The notes under the pieces: generated by a model | Database searches by the model: none | The model's input: only the letters and a program-made list of their open reading frames with translations | Told to the model about the DNA's origin: nothing | Translations under genes and position numbers: made by a program | In this document: positions 1 to 12,326 of the stretch, one piece after another | Numbering within the stretch: the first letter of the stretch is position 1 | Layout: each line of letters begins with the position of its first letter | DNA from: Octopus sinensis | Taxonomy: Eukaryota | Assembly (NCBI RefSeq): GCF_006345805.1 | Contig: NC_042998.1 | Location: 162,936,001 to 163,000,000 of the forward strand | Length of the DNA stretch: 64,000 nt | Direction: 5' to 3'

Positions 1-699
1 CTACGCTACCTTCAAATCACTGTTAATACTGCCTTACAAATGAAGATACATAGCATAACGTGGTCCAGCGTATATTTTATCCAAATTCAAATAAATTACA
101 GTAATAGTCACGACTTTAATCATGATTCTGCTCAAGGAGAATTGGCCTGGGGCTAAACAACAATAACATCAACAACGTTTAATCATTTTGTCTCCTACAA
201 ACACACCTACATATAGACAGAGACAAATGTACACATTCATGGAAGATGCCAGATACATACGCCTACACACACATACACACGCCTACATTAACGTAACACA
301 CACACACACATATACACACACATACATACTCGGAAAATATCAGATATATTTATTCATTCACACATAAAGAAGATATCAAGTAAACGCATGCAGAGAAGAT
401 ATCGTGTAAACGATATTATACAGACATTCAACAAGATATCAAATATATATATATACAGACATATGCGCACATAAGGTATTAAGTACATAGACGCACATAG
501 ACAACCATACACACGCATAGACGATATCTAGCATATACGTACACACATGTATGAAATATTCCAAGCATACATATGTATCCAAATAGTCACAACTACACAC
601 AGGTACAAAAGAGATCAGTTATACACAGACATACAGGCGATATCTGGTACTTATACATACATTTACACTCATATATAGAAGATATCAAATATATATATA

Positions 700-1155
700 C
701 GAGCAAAACGCCCCCCGTCCAATGGACGGTGCTGAGTTGTCAAACATTTAAACCAAATTTTCTCATAACAACTTGTCCAACCGTCCCATAGGCCTCTCCT
801 TTGAGAAACACTGATTTAACCTAAATTTGAGACATCAGCAAAAGAAGAAATAAAGATAGACATTTTTATTCTATTCCAAAGAAAAATGATTTTATTTACA
901 CAAATATGCAACCGAAGAGGTTAAAGTGCCAGTAAGTACATCACAACAGCTGATGTACTTGCGCGTACAAATGCACGTTCTCACGGCTTTATCGATCGCA
1001 TTCTCATCTGGAATCGATTTTTGTAAATTTTTCAAGACTTATACACGCCCTGATACCGTCGGTATCTACATATCGAGTTTGAGCGCAATCGGATGGAGGA
1101 TGCCCGAGATCATAGAAGACACACATACACAGACAGAACGATTTTATATAATAGA
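700..1155 (-). mobile_element. Non-autonomous Helitron-like element (family H1, longer copy)
   Basis: On the minus strand it begins A|TCTATTATATAAAAT and ends with a GC hairpin (GCACCGTCCATTGGACGG) and ...TTTTGCTCG|T. Both ends match the copy at 54861-55051. Confidence 0.7.
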
Positions 1156-1159
1156 TATA

Positions 1160-1410
1160 AGCTTGCTTCCCAACCACATAGTACTGTGTCCAGTCCCACA
1201 GCGTTTTTGTGTGTTTGTGTTTGTCCCCCTACCATCGCTTGACGACCGATGTTGGTATGTTTACTTCCCTGTAACTTATCAGTTCGGCAAAAGAAACCGA
1301 TAGAATAAATACTAGGCTTACAAAGAATAAGTCCTGGGGTCGATATCGTCGACTAAAGGCGGTGCTCCAGCACGGCCGCAGTCAAATGACTAAAACAAAA
1401 GAAAAATGTA
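1160..1410 (+). mobile_element. tRNA-derived SINE family A, internally deleted copy
   Basis: GCTTGCTTCCCAACCAC head fragment joined to the 3' module (...CCCGTAACTTA...GATAGAATAA...GGCGGTGCTCCAGC...CAAATGACT); matches the full copies at 32175 and 37366. Confidence 0.85.
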
Positions 1411-1464
1411 TATACATATATATCTATATATCTATATCTATCTATCTATATATATATATGTATG

Positions 1465-1500
<36 letters not shown>

Positions 1501-1572
1501 AGGTGTGTATATATATATATATAGTATATATATATATATATATATATATCTATTTATATTTATATATAAAGG

Positions 1573-1622
<50 letters not shown>

Positions 1623-2520
1623 GATACATGCATATATACATACACGCATGGGAGCTGTCATTAAGAACACACACATACACATATACGTATTGAAGATAAC
1701 AGCCATACATATACACACGTATCCATGCGTATAAACACATACACATGGACGCATGCACAGAAGATACCAGCCACGCTTACACACACACACACACACACGC
1801 ACGGCGCAAATACACTCACATATACTCATGTGCACTCTTGAACATACACTTAATGCACACTAACAAATACACATATCAAATATCTCAAATAGGCATACAT
1901 ATCTACACACACAGGAGTCCTCGCTCGTACACACTCAGTAATACACTAACACACACACACATACACACACACACGTTACAACACAAGCGCACAAACACGC
2001 ACACATACGATATTGCGCGCGCGCACCCAGAATTAATCCATTCATAAAAATCGACAAGGTATCAGATACACTGAAGAGCACACACTCACATACACACACA
2101 CACACACACAACTTGTACATTGGTACACATTCACACTTTTACAGACATGTACAGAAGCTATTATGTATAAATCCTTCATTCATACATTTACACACACACA
2201 TTCACACACACTCAAATGCACACACACACACACGCACGCGCATGAACATACACGAAAGATATTAGGCACACACTTTTCATATATACACTTACGCACACAA
2301 ACATACACATACATACTTGAATTGGCACTCACATGCATGCATACACACTTTGAAACACCAGTTGTGAAAATATAAGCGAGAGTATAGCCACGTCGTTAAG
2401 ATGTTCGCTTTGCAACCAAGTGTTTCCGGGTTCGATACAAATATACCACTGCCTAGTTATACACCATTCTATTCACTCCAACATACAGTGCCATTTTGTA
2501 CCTCTTTTTCCCACCAGTAG

Positions 2521-2770
2521 TGGAGGCGCGTGACTTAGTGGTTAGGGTGTTGAACTCATGATCGTAAGGTTGTGGTTTCGATTCCTGGACCGGGCGAAGC
2601 GTTGTGTTCCTAAGCAAAACACTTCATTTCACGTTGCTCCAGTCCACTCAGCTGGCAAAAATGAGTAACCCTGCGACGGACCGGCGTCCCGTCCAGGTGG
2701 GGAATTTCTACGCCACTGAAACCGGAAACCCGGCCCTTATGAGCCTAGCATGGCTCGAGAAGGAACATTT
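2521..2770 (+). mobile_element. tRNA-derived SINE family C
   Basis: tRNA-like head (GGCGCGTGACTTAGTGGTTAGG...GGTTTCGATTCC), central GCGTTGTGTTC..GAGCAAAACACTTCATTTCACGTTGCTCC, tail CCTGCGACGGACCGGCGTCCC...; similar copies at 3772 and 31667. Confidence 0.85.
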
Positions 2771-3066
2771 TCCACCAGTAAGACTGTTTTCATTCTTGTC
2801 ATTGTTCTCGTTGTCGCTGTGTAGTCCCAGGAAAGCCTTGTTTTTAAAACAAACCTGTGTATGCTCAAATATGTTCTATCCATGACCATCTCGTCTTTTG
2901 TATATCATGGGTAATTTTGTCCAGCGTAGATAGTATGATAAGGCGTGGGTGTATGGTTAAGAAGCTTGCTTCCCAACTACATGATTCCGGGTTCAGTCCC
3001 ACCACTGCGTAGCACCTGGGGCCTTGTGAGTGGATTTGGTAGAAGGAAACTGAAAGAAGCCCGTCG

Positions 3067-3108
<42 letters not shown>

Positions 3109-3111
<3 letters not shown>

Positions 3112-3369
3112 ATATGTTACAATTACTCAATAGCAAGATAAATCTCAGAGTTTCAGATGCCGAAGTGGAAATCCACAACACCATCTCTTCGGTTATCTGC
3201 CAGATAACCGAAGAGATGGTGTTGTGGATTTCCACTTCGGCATCTGAAACTCAGAGTTTTATCTTGACTATTGAGTAATTGCAACATATTATGTTATAGA
3301 TAAATTTCCTCTATTTACTTAATATTGAGGTCTCTTTCTTTCTTTTGTTATCTTACCGTTTTTACCAAT
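3109..3369 (+). mobile_element. Penelope-like element terminus with an inverted 5' copy (palindrome 3109-3292)
   Basis: ~92 bp arms around position 3200 with a few mismatches and one indel. The right arm continues into non-palindromic sequence ending at (TA)n. Carries a hammerhead-like motif. PLE assignment is by analogy; no ORF is present. Confidence 0.65.
3202..3264 (+). ncRNA. Type I hammerhead-like ribozyme motif (U4C core variant)
   Basis: Helix I AGATAA/TTATCT; core CCGAAGA (3208-3214); helix II GATG/CATC; GAAA (3246-3249); near-palindromic helix III ACTC-A-GAGT; GUU triplet with predicted cut after 3258. Confidence 0.6.
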
Positions 3370-3390
3370 ATATATATATATATATATATA

Positions 3391-3565
3391 AAGTTAATCC
3401 AAACAAGAAAACACAGAAAAAAAGAGAAAAAAACACAGCAACGCAGGACGTGGAACAATTAAAGTGTTATTGACGCTCAGGAAAGAAGGGAAGGAGGGTT
3501 TAACGTTTCGAGCGGAGCTCTTCGTCGGAAACAAGGAGAAGGAAAGATCCCAAGAAGGGAAGACA
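3391..3565 (-). mobile_element. Penelope-like element terminus
   Basis: Pyrimidine-rich minus-strand tail ending at (TA)n; contains the CCGACGAAGAGC...GCTCGAAACG motif shared with 23752 and 24135. Confidence 0.6.
3498..3532 (-). ncRNA. Minimal hammerhead-like motif (PLE type)
   Basis: Minus strand GTTT-CCGACGA-A-GAGC(TCC)GCTC-GAAA-C-GTT-AAAC: 4 bp helix I, 4 bp helix II, loopless palindromic ACGT helix III. Confidence 0.65.
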
Positions 3566-3771
3566 TGTTTTTATGTCTGTCTTTGTTCCTCCACCATCGC
3601 TTGAAAATTGATGTTGGTGTGTTTACGTCCCCGTAACTTAGAGGTTCGGCAAAAGGGACCGATAGAATAAGTACTAGGCTTACAAAGAATAAGTCCTGAG
3701 GTCGATTTGTTCGAGTAAAGTCGGTGCCGCAGTGAAGTGAGTGAAACGAGTGAAAGAATAAAAGAATAATG

Positions 3772-4030
3772 AAAATGCGTGACTTAGTGATTACGGTATG
3801 ACACTCGAGATCGTGAGATCGTGGTTTCGATTACCGGGCCGGGCAGAGCGTTATGTTCTTGAGCAAAACATTTCATTTTTTCCCGTCGCTCCAATCCATC
3901 GACTATAAATAAGTAACCATGCGACAAGTGTCCCGTTCAGGGTCAACGTTGATGTATAGATCACTTATAGCCATTGAAACGGAATAGTCAACTTAATGAA
4001 TCATAAGGCTCATGAGGGGAGAACTTAAGA
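3772..4030 (+). mobile_element. SINE family C, degenerate
   Basis: Same head, centre and tail order as 2521-2770, more diverged. Confidence 0.75.
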
Positions 4031-4507
4031 CTAAATGCCAAAATGGCGAGTGTGATGTAAGGGACATTTGTGTGCTATTTCCAGCACATCAATTGGTCGG
4101 ATAAAGCTCTTTCGGTAGTAAATACCAATGATCATAGCGTTGGTGTTAGTGTTGTTATTGTTGTTGTTTGTGTCTCCGAGAACCCTGATTACGCACACCT
4201 GTGATTAAAGAGATATTTAGCTGTGACCAAACAAGCTTTTAAGATTTCCTGATTGATCCAGTATACTAAGATACTAACTCCGTTATTAGGAGTGGCTGGG
4301 AAAGTAAAGAAAGAGGGTGAAATGAAATAAATTAAAATTAAGCGAGATAAAATACAATAGAAAGTAGTTGAGTGTAAGGAAGGCGGGTTGTATTAGGAGG
4401 TTTAATTTTCTTTTATAGATTTATGGACATAAAAGTTTTAAAAGTGCATGGATGTAAAAGGTTAAGAATATATGAAATGTTTATGGATATAGGAGTAGCT
4501 ATAAAAG

Positions 4508-4571
<64 letters not shown>
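4508..4571. repeat. (GATA)n microsatellite
   Basis: Direct inspection. Confidence 0.95.
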
Positions 4572-4573
4572 AA

Positions 4574-4976
4574 GTCAGAGAGTTTACTCTACATGTGGCC
4601 CGGTTGCTTGAGAGTTCCGGTTATTTGAGTAGCGGTTCAGATCGAAATTGCTGTGAACTGTTTTTATCGACCTAAAGGTGGTCCAGACTCCGTATCGANN
4701 NNNNNNNNNNNNNNNNNNNNNNNNNNNNNNNNNNNNNNNNNNNNNNNNNNNNNNNNNNNNNNNNNNNNNNNNNNNNNNNNNNNNNNNNNNNNNNNNNNGC
4801 AGTCTCAGCGCGTGTCTGCGCATCATCAAACCACGGCATGCCCAGCCCTCCTTTTAACGGGTGTTGACAGCAAATGGATCGCCTGACCATCGGACGCATC
4901 CTTTCCACAGAAGCGAAAGAGGATGCGTTTGTAGTTTGGTGATGGTAGGGTCCGGACAAGTACGACGGTCAGGCGT

Positions 4977-4977
<1 letters not shown>
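4574..4977 (-). mobile_element. Tx1/L1-clade LINE ORF2 fragment, frameshifted, spanning the gap
   Basis: Stitched minus frames read ...[11 protein letters not shown] / RILFRF / LWKGC / [21 protein letters not shown] / MMRRHALRL, typical of the Tx1 post-RT region. Flanked by (GATA)n on both sides. Confidence 0.75.
4699..4798. other. Assembly gap (100 N)
   Basis: Run of N. Confidence 1.
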
Positions 4978-5023
<46 letters not shown>

Positions 5024-5030
5024 CAGACAT

Positions 5031-5063
<33 letters not shown>

Positions 5064-5121
5064 TAGATAGATAGACAGACAGACAGACGACAGACAGACA
5101 GATAGATATAGATAGATAGAT

Positions 5122-5188
<67 letters not shown>

Positions 5189-5190
5189 TA
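4978..5190. repeat. Compound (GATA)n/(GACA)n microsatellite
   Basis: Direct inspection. Confidence 0.95.
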
Positions 5191-5769
5191 CACAAATACA
5201 CACACACACAATAATAATTGAAAATTGTAGCAATGTTTCGTTCCAAAGCCAGACGGGCATATAACAACGTGACAGTCAAAATTCAGGATCTTTAGTGAGA
5301 CACAAACCTTTATGGTAAGAAGTTTGTTTACCAACCACACGATTCTCGGTTCAGTCCCACTGTATTGCACCTTGTACAGTCATATGACTGCGGCTCTGCT
5401 GGAACACCGCCTTGAAGGATTTTAGTCGAACAAATCGACCCCGGGACTTATTTTTAAACCTATTACTTATTCCATCGGTGTCTTTTGCCGATCCACTAAG
5501 TTAAAGGGACGTAAACACACCAACACCGGTTGTCAAATGGTTATGGGAGGACAAACACAGACACAGCGGCACAGGCTGTCGTAGAAAGCACTTGGCCAAG
5601 GAGCCACGCTGTGGGCATGAACCCAGAACCATGTGGTTGGGAAGTAAGGTGTTGGTGTGTTTACGTCCCCCTAACTTAGTGGATCGGCAAAAGACACTGA
5701 TGGAATAAGTAATAGGCTTAAAAATAAGCCACACAGCCACGCTTATATATATATAGGGCAGTATATGAG

Positions 5770-6012
5770 TTCAATTCCCGGCAGCGTGTTATGTCCTTGA
5801 GCAAGACACTTTATTTCACGTTGCTCCAGTCCGCTCAGTTAACAAAAATGAGTTGTACCTGTATTTCAAAGAGCCAGTCATGTTACATTCTGTGTCACAC
5901 TGAATCCTCCCGAGAACTACGTTAAGGGTATGTGTATCTGTGGAGTATTTGCACGTTAATTTCACGTTGATCGAACCATCTAGAACCTTTGTCGTCGTAA
6001 CCGAAAGAGTGC
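5770..6012 (+). mobile_element. SINE family D (family C centre with a different 3' tail), 5' truncated
   Basis: GTGTTATGTCCTTGAGCAAGACACTTTATTTCACGTTGCTCCAG followed by ...GAGAACTACGTTAAGGG...TCGTCGTAACCGA; same tail as 15962-16280. Confidence 0.75.
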
Positions 6013-6035
6013 AGTATACATATGTGTATGCGCGC

Positions 6036-6091
<56 letters not shown>

Positions 6092-6219
6092 GTGTGTGTT
6101 GCACAAGCATAATGAATATATTTTTAAAATTAGTTTTCGGAAAAAACGCAGTTAAGATGAAAATAATTTAACCCTTCTGGTGGTAATGTCATATAATGAG
6201 CTAAGACTATATGTGTGTA

Positions 6220-6344
<125 letters not shown>

Positions 6345-7274
6345 ACGCGCGTGTAGATGTAGATGCAAGTATTTTACAGACATATATGTGTATACATTTA
6401 GAGACTTACCAACATATGTTGAAACAGCAAATATTCTTCATATGTTACCATCTGAAACTTCACGGAATCATGGGTTGATGTCATCGTTTGTGCGTCGATG
6501 ACATCTATCCACTTTCCAGCTATATATATGCATACATCCATTATATACACACACATACAAACAGTATATTAAACATACACACATATATACATTCATATAT
6601 ACACATACACGCACTCAAACACATATGTGTACACACACATATACATACACACACACGTATATATAAACACACAAACCCAACACACACTAACATATGTATA
6701 TAATATTGCATACTATATTATTATATAATTGTGTGTATAATATTTCTTGTGTGTATATATATATATATATCAACACATTTATATCAACATACACACACAT
6801 ATATATACACACCACACGAACACGTATATGCATATACAAGTAAATTAATACGCATAAACGCATATACATATACACATACATACATACATACATACATCAT
6901 ACATACATACACATACATACATACATACATACTTACATACATACATACATACATATATTCATGCACGCACACACGCGTACATACTTATGTGTGTGTGTGT
7001 ATGTGTGAGTGTGAGTGTGTATGCGTGTGTACATAAAATCGTTCACACATTCAAATAAAGAATTAAACAGAAAACAAGCACAGCGACACCATTTCGACAA
7101 AAACACTTGCCTCCATCAAAAAACAGAAATCATCAACAACACCAGCAACTATATTTACATCAATGATTCTCAACCAGTGTCCATATGGTCCCTGGGCTCG
7201 ACTATCGCGGCTGTTACTTTCCAAAACTCCTGCGATGGGCGAAAATCTGAGAAGTTGAAACAGTACCATACTGT

Positions 7275-7520
7275 ATATCTCTATATCTATAAACGGCAAA
7301 ATGTCTGTGTGTGTGTTCTTTATACAAATCCACAATTTTCCAGTTAGAGGGCTCGCACTTTCTATGGTCATTCAAAACCGTCCAAGGGTGGTCGTGCATA
7401 TCTTTACATTTCCCTACTCACCCCACAAATCCATCAAAAATCAATAGAAGTGACTTTTTTGTGAACTTTCTATCCAAAACCCAATCAAAATGCCCGAAAC
7501 TTGACACGCCAATTGAATGC
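7275..7520 (+). mobile_element. Helitron-like 5' fragment
   Basis: Begins TCTCTATATCTATAAACGGCAAAATGTCTGTGTGTG, like the 5' ends at 19698 and 48801. The right boundary is uncertain. Confidence 0.5.
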
Positions 7521-7674
7521 CAGCTAGCTGTATGTGATTGGTTGGAGATTTGGACAGTACTCGCGTGTATGTGCGCACGCACGCAGCTGTATATGCATGC
7601 ACTAGCACTATGGCCCGGCAGCGTTTCAGGTTTCAGGTTTCGTACTTATAATAGAAAGGATTATTGTTATTGTT

Positions 7675-7895
7675 GGCGGTGAGCTGACAGAATCGTCAGT
7701 AACACCGGACGAAATGCTTAGCAGCATTTCGGCCGTTTTTTACGTTCTGAGTTCCGATTCCGCTGAGATCGATTTTGCTTTTCATCCTTTCGGGGTTGAT
7801 GAACTGAGTAAGTTGAGCACTGAGTTTGATGTAATCGACCTCCACACCTCCCCTCAAAATCTACTGGTCCTGTGCTAAACTTTGAAACTATCATT
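7675..7895 (+). mobile_element. tRNA-derived SINE family B
   Basis: GGCGGTGAGCTGACAGAATCG...GAAATGCTTAGC...GTTCTGAGTTC...TTTCATCCTTTCGGGG; family with many copies in the window. Confidence 0.85.
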
Positions 7896-9162
7896 ATTAA
7901 GGCAGCGAGCTGGCACAATCGATAAGAAATGCTCGAAGAGGAAATGTAAGAGGAAAAAATTTAAAGAAGAAAAAGGAATAGTGATATCGTATGATGACAG
8001 AGAGTGAATGGCCAATAGACCCACAATTGCATTCACATACACACACACATGCACATATACATATATACTTTGCCTTTCATCCTTTGAGGGTCGGGAAAAT
8101 ATGTACCAGATAAGCACTAGGATCGATGTACTAGTTAAACACTGGTGCCTCAGAGTGGCTGCAGTCCAATGAGTGAAATAAGTGAAAGATTACAGATAAA
8201 AGATATACAAAAAGAACTATTTCTATAACTAGGTAAACAAAAATCAAAGTTTCTTTTCCTTATACAAGTAAAATAACTGTGGAAGATTAATTCTTAATTT
8301 CTTTAAAATTTTCCCCTTTCTTCGAGAGTAGCTTGCCATGCTGATGATTTCTAAAAAGAATGAATTGGTACTATACATGATTACCTAACATTAGAAATTT
8401 TAAGACCTTCGTAATAAGTAGGCAAAACAAGATCTGTATGTATATTCTATGCGTCTTCTTTATTCCTTAATTTCAAATTCAAACTTCTAATACCACCTAA
8501 TATTATGAAGAAGTGATTATCTCCCTTGTAGTAACTGCCCGCTGGGTTTCTCCACGAATTAGAGCTAGATTTTTTAAATTTTCTTTCTCCAATTTCAATA
8601 ATTAATTTCGTGAAGTGCGGCATTCCGCACATCACCATTTAACTTATCCAAATTGACGCTATTGGCCTTTTCCAGTTATTCTCGTTATTTTATTTAGTAT
8701 TTATTTAATTATACAAAAAGACAGTTTGATCATAGTCAGAATTTCTTTGATCATAAGACGACTCAATAAGGGCAAACCCGGGGCTAAACAACAGCAACAA
8801 CTACAATCCTTATTGAATTGAATTAATATTTTTAATATTCAAATTTGATTCAGAGTCTAATCTAGAATTGAATGCTGAAAACATAGTCTTTAAACGGAAC
8901 GAGGTTACAGACATAATGGTTATTTCAAATAGGAAATCCACAAGACCTTTATTTGTGCTGTTTATTTATTTGTTTATTTACTTGTACGTTTGTTTGTTTA
9001 TTTTTCAACTCTTTTAATCATTTTGAAAAGAATTTTTTATATGTCCTCTCCTACTAAATTCACCACAACTAATACCACCACCACCACCACCACCACCATC
9101 TGTTCTTCGCTCTGACCTGCCTGTGTCTTCTCTTTTTTCCATTCCTTACCTCACATATCTCT

Positions 9163-9212
<50 letters not shown>

Positions 9213-9312
9213 CCTCTTTTTTCTTTCCTCCTCTAACCATTCTCTTTACCCCTAGTTTATAATCTTATAATGTAAGCTTTTCTTGTTCTCACATATCACT
9301 CCTTTTCTCCCG

Positions 9313-9391
<79 letters not shown>

Positions 9392-10129
9392 ACTTACTTT
9401 TCTAGGACTGGGCATTTTAAACCTGATGAAGCACACTCCTTCTCTAGGTTTGGACTCAGTTCCTTTCTTAAAGAGAATTAGAGAGGAGGATAACAACAGC
9501 AACAGCAACAGCAACAACAAACAATAATAATAATCCTTTCTACTATGGGCACAAGGTCTGAAATTTTGGGGGGAAGGTTGAAAAGCAAACTGGACCTCTG
9601 GATTCAAATGAACACAATTTGAATTTAGAGCGCAGAGATTTGGAACGAATATAGCAAAGCTGTCTCTTCTAATGCTCCAACCAATCCATTGTCATTGTAC
9701 TGCCTTCAATTAGAGGAGAAGTGAGAAGAACCAGTCGTATCTTCCTTAAAGCCTCTCTAAAATTGTTAATTGATATATGGTATATAAGTCTATGATATAT
9801 AATGTTTGTATACACATATTGAGCCGATAATGAAGACACTTTACATCGTACAAATCTGAAGCAAACAACCTATTCTAACGCACATCAGGAAATATCAAAC
9901 GGTGTCTGTGCAAGTTGACAGAATCGTTAGATTAAAGAAACAACGTCATTCGATGTTTGTTCCGGCTGGAATATATCTGTATGTATGTATATATGTCTCC
10001 GTCCTTCTGACTGATTTGGAGTACCTGATTCATGGATTTCTCTCTACAGTTGGACTATAATACCTTTTAATTTATTCGGTGAACGTCATTTCTGCACCTT
10101 TGATGGTGAATCGTGTGCGTGTATGTGTG

Positions 10130-10266
<137 letters not shown>

Positions 10267-10427
10267 GTGTAGACCCCTACATATACATGTATATTTGTGT
10301 ATGCATTCAGATTTGAATATAATGTACATATATAGTTGTATTTTAATGAAATTCACCTTTCTACATCTTCATACACACACACACACACACAAACACACAT
10401 ACACGCAAATCTGTGTGTATATGTGTA

Positions 10428-10467
<40 letters not shown>

Positions 10468-11042
10468 GCGTGTATGTTTATCCATACACGCAATGTAAAA
10501 ATACATGCACACATAAGAAACAAATTTGTGTACACCAGGCAGATGCCGTGCTCAAACACGTGGAGTATGCATTCGGTATTGATAAAACAAATTATCAACA
10601 AAGGCCTTATCGCTATGAGATAATATGCAGCAAACTTTTCGTCCTACCCCTTTCTTGTCCACACACATTCACAAGATGCAAAACATGACAATCATCGGCA
10701 GCAGAAGAGTTAATGTTTTTTTGTAATACAACCACATAACACTCTTGTCTTGCCGTGCAGTTTAAAATCTGAGTACTTTTTTAATTTTACGCTAAGTTAT
10801 TTTAGTTCCGGTATTGGTTTACTGTTTTTAATCCTTTCCATAAGTCAGCTTAGAAGAATTCTTATGATATGCGCAGGCGTGGCTGTATGATAAGAAGCTT
10901 GCTTTGCAACCATGTGGTCTTGGGTTCAGTCCCACTGTGCGGTACCTTCTAGTATAGCAAGTTCCTTCTGCTTTAGCCCCAGGTCGATCCATGCCTTGTA
11001 AGTGGATTTGGTTGACGAAAACTGAAATAAGACCGTCATGTA

Positions 11043-12324
11043 CGAGGAGGTACCCTAAAGAAACCGGAATTTTGCAATATTATTTTATTCACCTAGTTTT
11101 ACATGTTTACACTTTTACCACCTTCAAAGTATTCTTTATTTGAAGCAATGCATTGGTCCAGACGCCATTTTCACTGTTCGAAGCAGTCCTGGAACGCCTC
11201 CGTCGTTTTTTTCTTCACTACTTCCACATCTGCAAAACGTTTTTCTTTAAGGACTTTTTTCATTCGGGGAAGAAAAAACATATCGCAGGTAGCAAGATCG
11301 GATGAATAGAGAAGTTGGGAAAGTGGTGTCATACCATTTTTGGTCAAAAAACTGTCTCGCACACAAGACGGTGTCTGCAGGTGCATTGTTGTGATAAAAC
11401 CATTACTCTTCACTTTGCCACAGGTCGGAGCATTTTCGTCTCAATGCGTCTTGCAAGTCATTCAGAACTACCAAATAAAATGTCTGGTTAACAGTTTGAC
11501 CAGGAGGAACAAATTCTGTGTGGACAATTCCTTTCGCATCGATGAAACAAATCAGCACCGTCTTGATATTGGATTTAACTTGACGCGCATTTTTAAGGCG
11601 TGATGACATCGAATGCTTCCATTGACTTACTGCTTCGTTTCCTGGTCGTAGCTGTAGCATCAGCTTTCGTTACCAATTATGACTTTCGAAAATCCGGATC
11701 AACTTCCAACTGTTCTTTCAGTTCACGACACGTGTTCAATAGTAACTGCTTTTGATCTTCCGTGAGCAAGTGAGGCACAAATTTTGCTGCGACTCTTTTC
11801 ATTTGGAGTTCCTCGCTCAAAATTCGTTGGCAGGAGCTCCAGGACACACCAGTCATACCAACAAGTTCGTCAATTGTTCGGTGACAGTCCTCCAAGATCA
11901 GTTCATGAATTTTCGTAATGTTTTCATTCATTCGAAAGGTTGACTGGCGCTCTGAACGAGGTTGGTTTTCATGCGACAAGTGACCATCCCTAAAGTGTGA
12001 AAACCACACGTAAACTTATGTTTTGCTCATGACAGGGATCTTGTAAGTTGTTTGAGGCATGACAACTGCTTCGGCTGCCTTTTTCCTCGGCAGAAAACAA
12101 AATTTCATGGAAGCACGCTGTTCTTTCGTTTCAGCCATTGCAAAAAAGAAAAAAAAAATCGACGAACAAGGGAAAAGCACTGCAAAACAAAGGCGCACTA
12201 TGTGGTAGTACGACTTTACTGATGCCTTAGGGTCGCATCAAGTGGATTCTAGTGGCGAAAGCCTGAACTGCAACAGGCTTGTCCTACAGTAATCGTTTCT
12301 TGTTACTTTTGGGTACCTCCTCGT
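11043..12324 (-). mobile_element. Full-length-sized mariner transposon with a pseudogenised transposase
   Basis: TIRs CGAGGAGGTACCC at both ends, each flanked by TA; ~1.28 kb. Broken frames give MAETKEQRASMKFCF..., VWFSHFRDG..., KRVAAKFVPHLLTEDQKQ, VLICFIDAKGIVHTEFVPPGQTVNQTFY and YSSDLATCDMFFLPRMK (mariner WVPHEL- and YSPDL-type motifs). Confidence 0.92.
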
Positions 12325-12326
12325 AT

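Larger units (their letters stand above)
2941..3770 (+). mobile_element. SINE family A split by two insertions in its internal (TA)n
   Basis: 5' half at 2941-3068 and 3' half at ~3566-3770, separated by two Penelope-like fragments. Confidence 0.8.

Noticed and set aside
2521-2600. tRNA genes
   Set aside because: All tRNA-like segments are SINE heads continuing into SINE bodies; no intact cloverleaf was found.
8447-8638. 63 aa minus-strand ORF and the small hairpin GTGCGG-CATT-CCGCAC (~8606-8638)
   Set aside because: No recognisable homology or splice signals; the hairpin is too short to be significant.
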